A stretch of DNA of 64,000 bases, counting the filler, from Acidimicrobiia bacterium (GTDB taxonomy: Bacteria > Actinomycetota > Acidimicrobiia > Spongiisociales > CAZKJJ01): assembly GCA_046759765.1 (NCBI GenBank). It is 3 parts of 3 records of this genome, joined end to end, with 100 filler letters (N's around TTAATTAATTAA, not from the genome) between each part and the next. Parts side by side here need not be neighbours in the genome. Positions count along the whole stretch, not along the records: positions 24,975 to 47,813 come from JBHICV010000023.1; 2 more parts are not named here. One strand, 5' to 3'. The position numbers were made by a program, and so were the translations under genes. Shown here piece by piece: positions 36,563 to 46,650 of this stretch (position 1 is the first letter of the stretch; each line of letters starts with the position of its first letter). The notes below the pieces were generated by a model that was given only the letters and a program-made list of their open reading frames with translations, ran no database searches and had not been told where the DNA came from.

Positions 36563-36853
36563 GGGCTCATGTTAGGTATTGTCGGTTCCCGCTGAGTTAG
36601 AAGCCTGCGCGAATCATCCCCAAACAGCGGAAGAGAATCAAGGGCAGGTGAGGGTGTCGGTTCCCCGGCTGGGTTTCCGGGCACCCCCACGAGGACCTCG
36701 GCCGAATTGCTCCTTCTCATGATCAATCTCGGCGGTCTCGTGCTTGCTGATTCAGAGCGTGCGCACGGACCGCTAGCCGTCGGACATTGCGATAGCTCAA
36801 GGCCTGCCTCGGAAGGCCCGCCGACGATTCCTGCGCTGCCGGGCCCAATCGCA

Positions 36854-38290
36854 TTAGACCCGCATGGGCTCGGTGGTGCGATCTAGAACAAGCGGGTCGA
36901 TGGGACAGATTCCGGGGGTATCGACTTCGATGACCCGAGCGGCCACGTCACCGTAGGCGGACCGCCAGGCGATGGCTCCCTTGGCTGTGATGATGGACGC
37001 CTCGGCGGGGTCTATCCCCACCGATAGGAGCTGCTCGGCATGGAAGGGCGGAGTAGCGCGCTCCATGACCACGAGTGTCACCCCGCCCACCTCAAGCACC
37101 GCGGTGCTTCCCATTGAGAAGTCCCTCCCGGTCTGCCAAGTGCCCGCCGACCGGTAGCGACCATCCGTAAGCCTGTGAACCCGGCCACGGATGGACACCG
37201 GATCACCATGACGCTTGTCGGTCTTTCCGCCCACCTCCGCCTCCAGGGTTGTTCCCTCGCCGAGCTTGTCGGCCTGAAGCGCCACGTCGGCATCGGCAAT
37301 GCAGACAACTGCTCCCGTGGCTCCTTGGGCAACCAGCTCCCCCAACAGAGCCGTACCGTCACCCGGTGAGCCGCCGCCGATATTGTCGGCAACATCGACC
37401 AGCACCACCGGTTGTTCAGCCGAGTCGATGGCCTCTCTAACAGCAGTGGCGGGTCCGTTACGCTCCACTAACCAGTCTTCACTGTGCTTCTCGACGTCGG
37501 TGGCTAGCTCATCCCCGACCAGCCGTGCCTGCTTCTCGGCTCCTTCTGCGTAGACGACCACGACGCTGAAACCTGCCCGCGCAACGTCGGCATATGGAAA
37601 CCCGGGCAGAAGCGAGATACGCCGGATGCCTTTGCGTCCTTCCAACACAGAGGCGCGAGCTTTCAAGTCACTCATTGGCGAGGTATCGGTCCCTTGAGCA
37701 AGTGGGGAGATCAGCATCGGAACCTTGCTCACGAGCGTACGGAGACGGGCACCATTGAGAATCTGCTGAAGTATCTCGGCCGCTTCCCGCCCGCGCTCTC
37801 GCATGTCGACGTGTGGGTAGGTGTCGTAGGCGATCAGAGCGTCGCACAGACCAACGAGCCCAGGTGAGGGATTCCCGTGAAGGTCGTGAACAGCCACAAC
37901 TGGGATGTCTCCGACAGCCCGGCGAACCAATGTCACAATCGCCTTCTCCGTGTCGTCTTGCCCCTCCGAGACCATGGCTCCATGTAGGTCGAGGAGCAAT
38001 CCGTCCAACTGGCCGGCCCGTCGGAGCTCGGTGTCCAGGGTTGCGAAATGGTGGTCGATCGCGGCTCTGGTCACTCGACCGGCCGGCCACGCGCCGGCCG
38101 TCATCAGCGGTACCGGGTCGAACCAGTCGTGGTCCAGCATTCCGCCGATCACACTCCCTTTTTGTTGGTGGGCACCTAAAATCTGCTCTCCAGTCAGATG
38201 CTCAAACGCTTCGAAGGCGTCGAGGTCGGTTGGGCGCACCGAGTACGTGTTTGTCTCGTGCCAGATGCCGGCGATGCCGATCCGAGTCAC
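36854..38290 (-). CDS. M81 (MlrC) family metallopeptidase/amidase
   Basis: HETNTYS, DLHGAM, DLHGN, YPHVDM and DNIGGGSPGD. Confidence 0.9.
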   Translation of the reverse strand: MTRIGIAGIWHETNTYSVRPTDLDAFEAFEHLTGEQILGAHQQKGSVIGGMLDHDWFDPVPLMTAGAWPAGRVTRAAIDHHFATLDTELRRAGQLDGLLLDLHGAMVSEGQDDTEKAIVTLVRRAVGDIPVVAVHDLHGNPSPGLVGLCDALIAYDTYPHVDMRERGREAAEILQQILNGARLRTLVSKVPMLISPLAQGTDTSPMSDLKARASVLEGRKGIRRISLLPGFPYADVARAGFSVVVVYAEGAEKQARLVGDELATDVEKHSEDWLVERNGPATAVREAIDSAEQPVVLVDVADNIGGGSPGDGTALLGELVAQGATGAVVCIADADVALQADKLGEGTTLEAEVGGKTDKRHGDPVSIRGRVHRLTDGRYRSAGTWQTGRDFSMGSTAVLEVGGVTLVVMERATPPFHAEQLLSVGIDPAEASIITAKGAIAWRSAYGDVAARVIEVDTPGICPIDPLVLDRTTEPMRV

Positions 38291-39543
38291 AGCGTTCGCA
38301 AGGCTGCTTCAGCCCGCTCCAGGGTGACCTCCAACTCCCGTTCGCCATGGGAAGTGGAGACGTACCAAATGCCCCGGGGCGCCACCCATACGCCGGCCTC
38401 GACGAGCCGCTCAGCCAGCTTTCGGTACTGGCCGGTGTCGAGTAGCTGCAGATCGCGGAAATCCCACACCACAGTGTCTTCCCCGAAAGACGCGTGAAAG
38501 GCCATCGGAAGGCCCTGAAGGCGAAGCGGGTGATCTACCTCCTTGCTGACCTTCTGCAGGCCGTCCATCAGGCGCCGGCCTACCCGCTCGACCTTGTCAT
38601 AAGGGGGCTCGTCAGCAAAGAGCCGCAACGTCGCGGCCACTGCCGCCATCCCCATGATGTTGGCATTGAAGGTCCCGGAGTGGTTGACCTCGCCGGTGCC
38701 GAACCGCTCCATGAACCCGGCCTTCCCGGCGAGGGCACCCACCGGCCAACCGCCGGCCAGGGCTTTCCCGTAGGTAGCCAGGTCTGGGACCACCGCAAAC
38801 CTCTCGGCCGCTCCGCCCGGGCCCAGCCGAAACCCGGTGATCACTTCGTCAAAGATCAGTAGCGCGCCATGGCGATCGCAGAGCTCGCGGACGCCGGCCA
38901 GGTAGCCGGGACGAGGTTCGATTGCTCCGGCATTCATCATCACCGGCTCCATGATCACTGCGGCGATGGCCCCCTCTTCAAACACGACCCGGACAGCGTC
39001 TAGATCGTTCCATGGCAGGATGACCGAGTCCGCCAAGGCTTCAGCAGGCTGCCCTGCACTCGCCGGTCCGGATATCCCGTCTTCCATAGCGATGAGCACG
39101 TTGTCCAACCAGCCGTGATAGTGCCCCTCGAAGCGGACGAACTGTCGCCGGCCGGTGATTGCCCTTGCCAAGCGGAGAGCCGCCTGGACCATCTCGGTTC
39201 CAGAAGATCCGAATCGAACCATCTCGGCCCACCCGAGCATCTCGCACATTCGCTCTGCGGCCTCGAGCTCGAGAGCATTCTGGGCCCCATACACCATCCC
39301 CTTCCGACAAGCCTGTTCCACAGCTTCGAGGATTCGCCTTGGCGCGTGGCCTAAGAAAGCGGGTCCCTGGCCCAGCAAATAGTCCACGTAGTCGTTGCCG
39401 TCCACGTCCCAGAGCCAGGCTCCCTGACCGCGCTCGAAAAAGATGGGCGGGCCATCGAGCCGCACGTTGGAGTTAACTCCACCCGGCACCCTTCTTCGAG
39501 CTCGAGAAGAGAGCTCGGCGGAGCGCTCCAACCGCCTCATCAT
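38287..39543 (-). CDS. Class III aminotransferase (glutamate-1-semialdehyde aminomutase-like)
   Basis: PGGVNSNVR, SGTE, FEGHYHG, IFDEVITGFR, PLP Lys in TYGKALAGG, and GTFN. Confidence 0.88.
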   Translation of the reverse strand: MMRRLERSAELSSRARRRVPGGVNSNVRLDGPPIFFERGQGAWLWDVDGNDYVDYLLGQGPAFLGHAPRRILEAVEQACRKGMVYGAQNALELEAAERMCEMLGWAEMVRFGSSGTEMVQAALRLARAITGRRQFVRFEGHYHGWLDNVLIAMEDGISGPASAGQPAEALADSVILPWNDLDAVRVVFEEGAIAAVIMEPVMMNAGAIEPRPGYLAGVRELCDRHGALLIFDEVITGFRLGPGGAAERFAVVPDLATYGKALAGGWPVGALAGKAGFMERFGTGEVNHSGTFNANIMGMAAVAATLRLFADEPPYDKVERVGRRLMDGLQKVSKEVDHPLRLQGLPMAFHASFGEDTVVWDFRDLQLLDTGQYRKLAERLVEAGVWVAPRGIWYVSTSHGERELEVTLERAEAALRTL

Positions 39544-39555
39544 CGTGCTCCGGGC

Positions 39556-41004
39556 TCAGTCCACATCGACCGTGATGAGCTTGATCTGAGTCATCTCTCG
39601 CAGGGTGTACATGCCCCCGATCCGGCCCATTCCGCTGCCCTTGCCCGTGAATCCCCCAAACGGCGTGTGGGCCTGCCAGTAGGCGGAGGTTTCGTTGATG
39701 TTCACGACGCCGGTCTGAAGACGTTCGGCCATTCGTACGGCTCGCGCAATATCTCGAGTGAATACGGAGCTGACCAGTCCCAATGGTGAGGCATTCGCCC
39801 ACTGCAGCGCCTCTTCCTCGGCAGAAAAAGTGGCCACCGGAGCCACGGGCCCGAAAGTTTCCTCGCCATGTAGCTTCATCATGGGGGTCACGCCGTCGAC
39901 CACCGTGGGTTGGTAAAAGAGCTTGGTAGGCAGACCGACCTCCCGAGAGCCCCCGAATACGATCTCCGCTCCGCCGTCTATTGCGTCCTGGAGGTGTTCG
40001 TCCATCTTCGCCGCGGTAGGTTCATTCGCCACCGGGCCCATGGTCGTCTCGTCGTCGAACGGCGAACCGAGCTTCACTTCCTTTGCCTGTGCGACCAGGC
40101 CCTCGACCACCTCTTCGTGCACGGAGCCGTGCACCATGATCCGCTCGGTGGAATCGCAGATCTGGCCTGCATTCGCGAATGACCCAAAGGCTGTCTGACG
40201 TGTGGCCTTCGGCAGATCGGCGTCCTCGAAGATAATGGTGGGCCCGTTTCCACCTAGCTCCAACAGCATCGGCTTACCGGCTGCGCGCCGAGCAACGATC
40301 TGGCCGGTCCGGCTGCTGCCGGTCAGTCCGATGGCAACCACCCCGGGGTTGGCGGCGACCTCGTCCCCTACCTCCGCCGGATCGCCGAGCAGCATGTTGA
40401 GCGTTCCCTTGGGCACCCCCGCATCGACGAAGCACCGTGTGAGGTGCCACGCTGACACCGGGGTCCACTCCGATGGCTTCCAGACCATCGCGTTTCCGGA
40501 CGCCAGGCCGGCCGACAGGTACTCGCTCGGTATCGCGACGGGGAAGTTCCCCGGTGTCATGATTCCGTAGACGCCGCGCGGTTGGCGGATCGTGATGATC
40601 CGCTTCGCCTGATCGGATGAGGGTATGACGGCGCTCTCTAGGCGTTTGGCGCCCTCGGCCGCATCTCGGAACATCTCAGCCGCCACCTCTACTTCCGGAA
40701 CAGCTTCCAACAGGTAGGGCTTGCCTTGCTCGGCCGCCAGGTCTTGCGCGATCTCCTCCTTACGTTCGTCGAGAAGGTCCGCCACCGCGTGAGCGAGTGA
40801 CGCTCGGTCAAACGCCGTCATGTCGCTCAACCGCGCATGCGCATCCCAAGCGACGTCCACTGCGCGCTTCACGTCCTCGCGCGTTCCTTGACTGGCCTGA
40901 GCAACTGCCTCACCAGTGGCAGGGCTGACGATCTCGAGGGGTTTCATGCCGCCTTCAACCCACTCGCTGCCAATGCCCAGTGGGATCTGTCTGATCTCAG
41001 CCAT
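39556..41004 (-). CDS. Aldehyde dehydrogenase
   Basis: PGNFP, KPSE, TGS, ELGG, catalytic Cys in GQIC, EETFGP and PFGG. Start trimmed to MAEIRQ. Confidence 0.92.
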   Translation of the reverse strand: MAEIRQIPLGIGSEWVEGGMKPLEIVSPATGEAVAQASQGTREDVKRAVDVAWDAHARLSDMTAFDRASLAHAVADLLDERKEEIAQDLAAEQGKPYLLEAVPEVEVAAEMFRDAAEGAKRLESAVIPSSDQAKRIITIRQPRGVYGIMTPGNFPVAIPSEYLSAGLASGNAMVWKPSEWTPVSAWHLTRCFVDAGVPKGTLNMLLGDPAEVGDEVAANPGVVAIGLTGSSRTGQIVARRAAGKPMLLELGGNGPTIIFEDADLPKATRQTAFGSFANAGQICDSTERIMVHGSVHEEVVEGLVAQAKEVKLGSPFDDETTMGPVANEPTAAKMDEHLQDAIDGGAEIVFGGSREVGLPTKLFYQPTVVDGVTPMMKLHGEETFGPVAPVATFSAEEEALQWANASPLGLVSSVFTRDIARAVRMAERLQTGVVNINETSAYWQAHTPFGGFTGKGSGMGRIGGMYTLREMTQIKLITVDVD

Positions 41005-41776
41005 CGCTTGCTTCTTCACCATCAGGCAAAGGCCGGTGAGCAAACCGCTGAGCGAACGAAAGAGCTCGGTCATAGGCGGCTTCCACAATCTCAGCCCCCA
41101 GCTCGGGCTTCGCCAGGGTCGGGTCCCCTAGAGCCCCGTCCTCGGTCCACTCGTCGAAGGCAACCGCCTGGTCGACCTGAGCCCAGGGTGGGTCCGTTAG
41201 CGGATCAGCCGAGCGCCTCCCCTTGGGCGCAGCGATTCGCTCCGAGAACACACGGTCCGGAGCGAGGACCAGAGCCACCGAGGTCTCGATCTCGCAGGCG
41301 TGCCCGTACTGAGGGCTCTGAGCACGAGCCGCGATCTCTTCGGCGGCCAGCTGCGCCCACATGACGCTGGCCACGAGCACTCGGCGGTCCCGACGGGCGA
41401 TCCTGCTGACCAGACGAAGGGCATCGATGTTTCCTCCGTGGCCGTTGACGATGAGCAGTCTTCGGAGTCCCCAACGGGCAGCGCTGTCTACTAAGTCCAT
41501 GAAAACTCCGATGAACGTCTCGGGCCGGAGCGTCACGGTCCCCGGGAACCCCATGTGGTGCTCCGAGAGCCCGTACGCGACTGGCGGGTAGAGGATCGCC
41601 GAGTCACCCAGGTCGTTGGCAAGCCGCCGGCTCAAGGCATCAGCGATAGCCAAGTCAGTGTCCAGCGCCAGGTGAGGACCGTGCTGCTCGCAGCTGCCTA
41701 CCGGTACCAATCCCAGCCGCGCGTTCCTCAGGGCCTCGCCGGCGTCCTCCCATGTCAGGCCGGCGAGCTCAACCAT
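40997..41776 (-). CDS. Creatininase family amidohydrolase
   Basis: GSCEQHGPHL..DTD, SEHHMGFPGT, NGHGGN and HACEIETS. Confidence 0.9.
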   Translation of the reverse strand: MVELAGLTWEDAGEALRNARLGLVPVGSCEQHGPHLALDTDLAIADALSRRLANDLGDSAILYPPVAYGLSEHHMGFPGTVTLRPETFIGVFMDLVDSAARWGLRRLLIVNGHGGNIDALRLVSRIARRDRRVLVASVMWAQLAAEEIAARAQSPQYGHACEIETSVALVLAPDRVFSERIAAPKGRRSADPLTDPPWAQVDQAVAFDEWTEDGALGDPTLAKPELGAEIVEAAYDRALSFAQRFAHRPLPDGEEASDG

Positions 41777-41779
41777 CGG

Positions 41780-42544
41780 TCATCCCTTCTCCGGGGCAAT
41801 GCGAGCGGCGGCGTCGACGAGGGCGTCGGCGACATCAGGAATCGCGCTCGGCTTCAGACGCGTGGCCGGCGCTGACAAGCTGATAGCGGTCGGCACACTT
41901 AGTCCCTTAACGGGCGCAGCTACGCAGCGTCCGTCATAGACGTTTTCCCGATCATCGACTGCGTACCCGCGCAGCCCGACCTCCGCTATCGCCTCGAGCA
42001 ACGTCTCAACGTCGGTGATGGTATTCGGCGTGAGCTGAGGCATCCCCTCCGTCATCAGAATCCTTCGGACCTCTTCTTCGGGCAGCCCCGCGGCAATGGC
42101 CTTGCCCAACGCCGTGGAATGTATCGGGTCGCGGTCGCCCCCCCGGGCGGCCATGCGCGTGGTTCTCGGACTCTCCACGATCTCGAGATAGGCCACCCGA
42201 CTACCGTCGAGGACGCCCAGATTGGTCGTCTCCTCAAAGCGATCGCGCAGCTCCCTCAGAATCGGCTTGGCCCGGTTTCCGAGCACCTCGAACTGCCGAG
42301 TGTGAAAGGGAAGGAAGGCGAGCCCCAAACGAAAGCTCCCTGTGTCTTCCTCCCGCTCGACGTACCGCCGTGACTCGAGAGTGCTGAGATAACGAAACGT
42401 CGAGCTCTTGGGAAGCCGAGCGCCTTCAGCCACCTCGCCCAGCGAAACGGCACCCGAGGCGCGTTGGAGGACGTCCAGAATGTCGAGCACACGTTCCACG
42501 GCGCGGACCGAATAGACAGTCTCGGCGCCCGATTCTTGTCTCAT
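41780..42544 (-). CDS. IclR family transcriptional regulator
   Basis: SVRAVERVLDIL, LPKSSTFRYLSTL, HSTALGKA and RGYAVDDRE. Confidence 0.92.
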   Translation of the reverse strand: MRQESGAETVYSVRAVERVLDILDVLQRASGAVSLGEVAEGARLPKSSTFRYLSTLESRRYVEREEDTGSFRLGLAFLPFHTRQFEVLGNRAKPILRELRDRFEETTNLGVLDGSRVAYLEIVESPRTTRMAARGGDRDPIHSTALGKAIAAGLPEEEVRRILMTEGMPQLTPNTITDVETLLEAIAEVGLRGYAVDDRENVYDGRCVAAPVKGLSVPTAISLSAPATRLKPSAIPDVADALVDAAARIAPEKG

Positions 42545-42596
42545 CAGCTGAAATCTCCGTATCGACCGTCAAAATAGACGCGCCATTGGGGGGCCG

Positions 42597-43607
42597 TCAA
42601 TCCCGTGTCAGAATTACAGGTTGGCGTGTTCGCGCCGATTCCTCCATCGCCAGGCTGACCCGAACCGCCTCAGTGCCGTCGGACGCGCTGCAGAGAGGAA
42701 TGGCAGTCCCCTCCACGCATCCGATGAAGTGGTCCACCTCGATCCCCAGGGCTCCGAACAGCCGTCCGCCGACTTCAGGCGAGTAATGAACGTCCTCATA
42801 AACTGGACCTTCTTTGGTCACTTTGAGAAACCCGAGGTCGCCCTGGACGACCCTGAGAACCGCCTCCTCGCCAATAACCATGAAGCTGGCCATCCCCCAT
42901 CCAGGGGTGGCCTTCGGCAACGACCACCCCACCATCGCGGTCCCCTGGGCGCCCTGGACGAAGCTGAGAGTGGCCGAGTAGAGGTCTTCTATATCGAAAC
43001 CTCGAGCTGTCAGCACGCCTGTGCCGCTCACGGCGAAGATCCGCTCGACATCACCGGCGTACCACCGGGCCAGGTCAAACTCGTGAACGCCGTAGTAGAG
43101 CGCGATCGAGGTCCGGCCTTGGAGGATCTCCTGGTCGCTTACCAGTCCGATCCGCTCGCTCCGTATGGCCTGGACGGCTCCGATCTCCCCGGCTTCGACA
43201 CTGCGCTGAATGGCCGAATAACGGGGCTCAAAACGGAGAATGTGCCCAACCAGTACGGGGATATCACGCTCCGCGGCACGGTCGCGTATCCGCTCGGCAC
43301 CTCTGACGGTGTGGGCTAGTGGCTTCTCCACCATGAGCACCTTTTCCGCCGCAAGCGCTGACAGCGCCGTCCCGACATGGAGATGCTCGGGGGTGCACAC
43401 TGCCACTCCTTGCACGTCAGAATCGGCAGCCGCCTCCAGCGGGTCTTTCACGTATTTGGCACCCGTCTGGTCCGCCCATTGCCGGCCTATTTCCTCCCGA
43501 ATGTCGCTCACTACGGCCAGGCGGGCAGCCGGGTGTTCGTGGACGGCGCGGGCCCATCGAGACCCCATGAACCCGAGCCCAATCACGGCGACGGAGACCG
43601 CGCTCAC
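42597..43607 (-). CDS. Gfo/Idh/MocA family oxidoreductase
   Basis: IGLGFMG, CTPEHLH, VEKPLA, VGHILRF and GVHEFD. Confidence 0.9.
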   Translation of the reverse strand: MSAVSVAVIGLGFMGSRWARAVHEHPAARLAVVSDIREEIGRQWADQTGAKYVKDPLEAAADSDVQGVAVCTPEHLHVGTALSALAAEKVLMVEKPLAHTVRGAERIRDRAAERDIPVLVGHILRFEPRYSAIQRSVEAGEIGAVQAIRSERIGLVSDQEILQGRTSIALYYGVHEFDLARWYAGDVERIFAVSGTGVLTARGFDIEDLYSATLSFVQGAQGTAMVGWSLPKATPGWGMASFMVIGEEAVLRVVQGDLGFLKVTKEGPVYEDVHYSPEVGGRLFGALGIEVDHFIGCVEGTAIPLCSASDGTEAVRVSLAMEESARTRQPVILTRD

Positions 43608-44626
43608 CCCGGCGTTCCTGCGACTGGCTCACCTTCTGCCGCGGCAACAGGCCCCTCGGTCCCAGCGGTATCCAGAGCAAAGTGACAGGACGCCACGCGC
43701 CCGGGTAGCCATTCTCGAAGCTTGGGCGCCTCCTCCCTACAAATGGGTTGGGCGAGCGGGCACCGAGGGTGGAATGTGCAACCGGAGGGGGGGTTGGCCG
43801 GGTCTGGAGGCTCCCCTGCCAGCCGGATACGTCGCCCGCCCCTCTGCCTGACGGACGGGACCGCCGACATCAAGGCGCGCGTGTACGGATGAAGGGGGCT
43901 GGAGTGAAGCTTGTCAGCCGAAGCGAGCTCAACGATCTGTCCCAAATACATGACGGCGATGCGGTGGCTCATGTACTTGACCACGCCCAGGTCGTGCGAG
44001 ATGAACAGGAAGGCCAGCCCGTGTTCCTTTTGAAGATCCTTGAGCAGGTTGAGGATCTGCGCCTGGACGGACACGTCGAGTGAGGAGACCGCCTCGTCCG
44101 CCACGATCAGCGACGGCTGCACTGCCAGGGCGCGGGCGATGCCCACTCGCTGGCGCTGGCCTCCGCTCAGCTCGTGGGGCAGTGCGGCGATCATCTCCTG
44201 CTTGAGACCGACGTCTAGCAGAAGCGCCGCCAGCCGATCCTGGATCTCCGCTCGATCCACCACGCCGTGGATCAGGAGTGGCTCGGCCAGAATCTTTCCC
44301 ACCCGCATACGCGGAGGGAGCGAGCTGTAGGGGTCCTGGAAGACTATCTGCGCGCGACGCCGCAGCTGCATGGCATCTCGGTCGGAAAGGACCTTTCCCT
44401 GGAAACGGATCTCCCCGCTGGTCGGCACTTCGAGAAAGAGCAGGGTTCGGGCCAGGGTCGACTTGCCGCAGCCGCTCTCCCCTACCAACCCCAGCGTCTC
44501 GCCTTCGTCGATCGTGAAGGAAACTCCCTCCACCGCCTTCACTGTCCTGGTCTGCCGGGACATTCGGCCGGCCTTGGTGACGAAGTGCTTACGGAGGTCT
44601 CGGACCTCGGCCAGTGGCTCGCTCAT
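43604..44626 (-). CDS. Oligopeptide/dipeptide ABC transporter ATP-binding protein (OppF/DppF-like)
   Basis: GESGCGKS, LSGGQRQR, DEAVSSLD and Cys-rich C-terminus GCTFHPRC. Confidence 0.93.
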   Translation of the reverse strand: MSEPLAEVRDLRKHFVTKAGRMSRQTRTVKAVEGVSFTIDEGETLGLVGESGCGKSTLARTLLFLEVPTSGEIRFQGKVLSDRDAMQLRRRAQIVFQDPYSSLPPRMRVGKILAEPLLIHGVVDRAEIQDRLAALLLDVGLKQEMIAALPHELSGGQRQRVGIARALAVQPSLIVADEAVSSLDVSVQAQILNLLKDLQKEHGLAFLFISHDLGVVKYMSHRIAVMYLGQIVELASADKLHSSPLHPYTRALMSAVPSVRQRGGRRIRLAGEPPDPANPPSGCTFHPRCPLAQPICREEAPKLREWLPGRVASCHFALDTAGTEGPVAAAEGEPVAGTPG

Positions 44627-46650
44627 CCCTGCACCACCTCCGCAGGTTCAGGCGACCACAGGTGACACGCAGCCAGATGTGCCGGGCCCACGGCGAACTG
44701 ATCGGGGTTGACGTCCCGACACACTTCCATGACGGATGGGCACCGCGGCGCGAACGGGCAGCCCTCGGAAATCAAGGACGGGTCAGGCAGCTCTCCTGGG
44801 ATGGCTTCCAGGCGGGTCCCACCCGGCAGGTCCGCTCGGGGTACTGACTCCAGCAACGCACGTGTATAGGGATGCTTCGGGTCGTTAACCACCTGGGAAG
44901 AGGGACCGAACTCGCATGCCTGTCCGGCGTACATGACCAGGACAACGTCGGCGTATTCGGCCACCAAAGCGATGTCATGTGTGATGAGGATGAGGCTGGT
45001 GCCGTGCTCCTGGGTGATTTCACGGAGCTGTTCGAGTATCTGAGCCTGGGTCGTGACGTCCAGTGCAGTAGTCGGTTCATCTGCAATCAGCAGCTCGGGC
45101 TCAGCCGTCATTGCCATGGCAATCATCACTCGCTGGTTCATCCCACCGGAGAGCTGGAATGGGTACTGGCGCAGAACTCGTTCCGGATCGCCGATCCCTA
45201 CGGCCCGGAGCGCATCCTGGGCCCCGGCTTTCACATCCCGGTCAGGCGCTTTCCCATGTCGCCGGATCGCCTCCCGCATCTGAAACCCGATGCTGAGGAC
45301 GGGATTGAGCGAGGCGGCAGGGTTTTGGAAGATCATGCCCATACGCGAGCCGCGCAAGGCGGCCATCTGGCGATCTGGAATGCGGGCCAAGTCCTTCCCG
45401 TCGAACAGAATCTCGCCCTGGGTCACCCGCCCAGGGGAATCGAGCAGCTGGATGATGGAGAGCGCCGTCACCGACTTCCCCGAACCGCTCTCACCTACGA
45501 GTCCGAGCGTTTGACCACGATCGAGGTCGAAGTCCATCCCGCCCACGGCGCGCACGACTCGGTCCCGCAGAGGGAACTCCACGTGTAGGTCCCGAACTCG
45601 GAGCAGGGGGAGCTTTCCTTGATGAGGAGCGATCCTGAGGTCAGGTGTCTTCTCGCGTTTGACTGTCTCGCTCTGATTCAGTCCGGCCTCCTTGTCTGGT
45701 AGCTCGGGCGGTGTAGCGGGCGAACGCAAAACGAGCCTCCGAAACGTGCCCTTCTTCAACCGAGGATCGACAATGTCAGCGGTTCCGTCCGCGAGCAGGT
45801 TGATGCTGAGAACCGTGAATACGATGGCGAGGCCGGGAAGGATTGGCAGCCAGGGAGCGATCACCATGTTCTTGCGGCCATCGGCCAGGATCAGGCCCCA
45901 GGAGGCAGCCGGTGGCTGCAGGCCTAGTCCTAGGAAGCTCAGTGTGGATTCCATGATGATGAGAAAGCCGACGTCGAGTAGCGCAATGACGAGCACGACC
46001 ATCCAAGACGAGGGCAACACGTAGCGAGCCAACCGTCGCGAAGGGCTCGCTCCAACGGCCTCAGCAGCCTGGACGTACTCTTTCTCCCGCTCCGACAGCA
46101 CCCGACTTCGGACCATCCGCGCGTAGACGATCCAGCCTGGAATGCCTAGCACGACAATCAGCAGAAGGGGCGTCCGGTCTTGGATCACTCCAAGAATGGC
46201 GATTGCCAGGAGGATGAAAGGAAAAGCAAGCTGGATATCCCCGAGACGCATGATCACAGTGTCCACGGGACCTCGGAAGAATCCGGCCAAAAGCCCAGTA
46301 AACAGCCCGAGTGTGGCTCCGATCAGCATGGCCCCGGTAGCGATGAGGAGCGAGTTGCGGGCGCCATAGACCATACGGCTGGCGACATCTCGCCCGAGCG
46401 TGTCCGTGCCGAGCGGGTGCTCGATGGTGCCACCCTCCGACCAGAAAGGCGGAGCGAGGATATTCGTCAAGTCCTGAGCGGTGGGGTCGGCCGGAGCTAC
46501 CAGTGGCGCGAAGATGGCTGCCGCCACTACGACGCCGATCCCGGCCAGACCGAACAGGGCGGTGGTCCGTCGAGCGGGTCGGCGCGCTTTATCGGCCGGG
46601 GTGACCGATGGAGCGGTCAGCTGATCGGCACCGGCTAGAACGTCGCTCAT
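44623..46650 (-). CDS. ABC transporter permease-ATPase fusion (OppC-OppD-like)
   Basis: HPLGTDTLGRD and the EAA loop (EYVQAAEAVGA) are followed by GESGSGKS, LSGGMNQR and DEPTTALD. Confidence 0.9.
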   Translation of the reverse strand: MSDVLAGADQLTAPSVTPADKARRPARRTTALFGLAGIGVVVAAAIFAPLVAPADPTAQDLTNILAPPFWSEGGTIEHPLGTDTLGRDVASRMVYGARNSLLIATGAMLIGATLGLFTGLLAGFFRGPVDTVIMRLGDIQLAFPFILLAIAILGVIQDRTPLLLIVVLGIPGWIVYARMVRSRVLSEREKEYVQAAEAVGASPSRRLARYVLPSSWMVVLVIALLDVGFLIIMESTLSFLGLGLQPPAASWGLILADGRKNMVIAPWLPILPGLAIVFTVLSINLLADGTADIVDPRLKKGTFRRLVLRSPATPPELPDKEAGLNQSETVKREKTPDLRIAPHQGKLPLLRVRDLHVEFPLRDRVVRAVGGMDFDLDRGQTLGLVGESGSGKSVTALSIIQLLDSPGRVTQGEILFDGKDLARIPDRQMAALRGSRMGMIFQNPAASLNPVLSIGFQMREAIRRHGKAPDRDVKAGAQDALRAVGIGDPERVLRQYPFQLSGGMNQRVMIAMAMTAEPELLIADEPTTALDVTTQAQILEQLREITQEHGTSLILITHDIALVAEYADVVLVMYAGQACEFGPSSQVVNDPKHPYTRALLESVPRADLPGGTRLEAIPGELPDPSLISEGCPFAPRCPSVMEVCRDVNPDQFAVGPAHLAACHLWSPEPAEVVQG

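Noticed and set aside
38287..39543. Calling the aminotransferase hemL
   Set aside because: No hem genes are nearby and the context is catabolic, so only a family-level call is supportable.
40540..40560. ALDH motif TPGNFP instead of TPWNFP
   Set aside because: It is a single-base difference (GGG vs TGG) with catalytic Asn, Glu and Cys intact, and could be a polymorphism or sequencing error.
40997..41776. Creatininase as mycofactocin MftE
   Set aside because: No mftA/B/C/D genes are nearby, and the context is an ABC-linked catabolic cluster.
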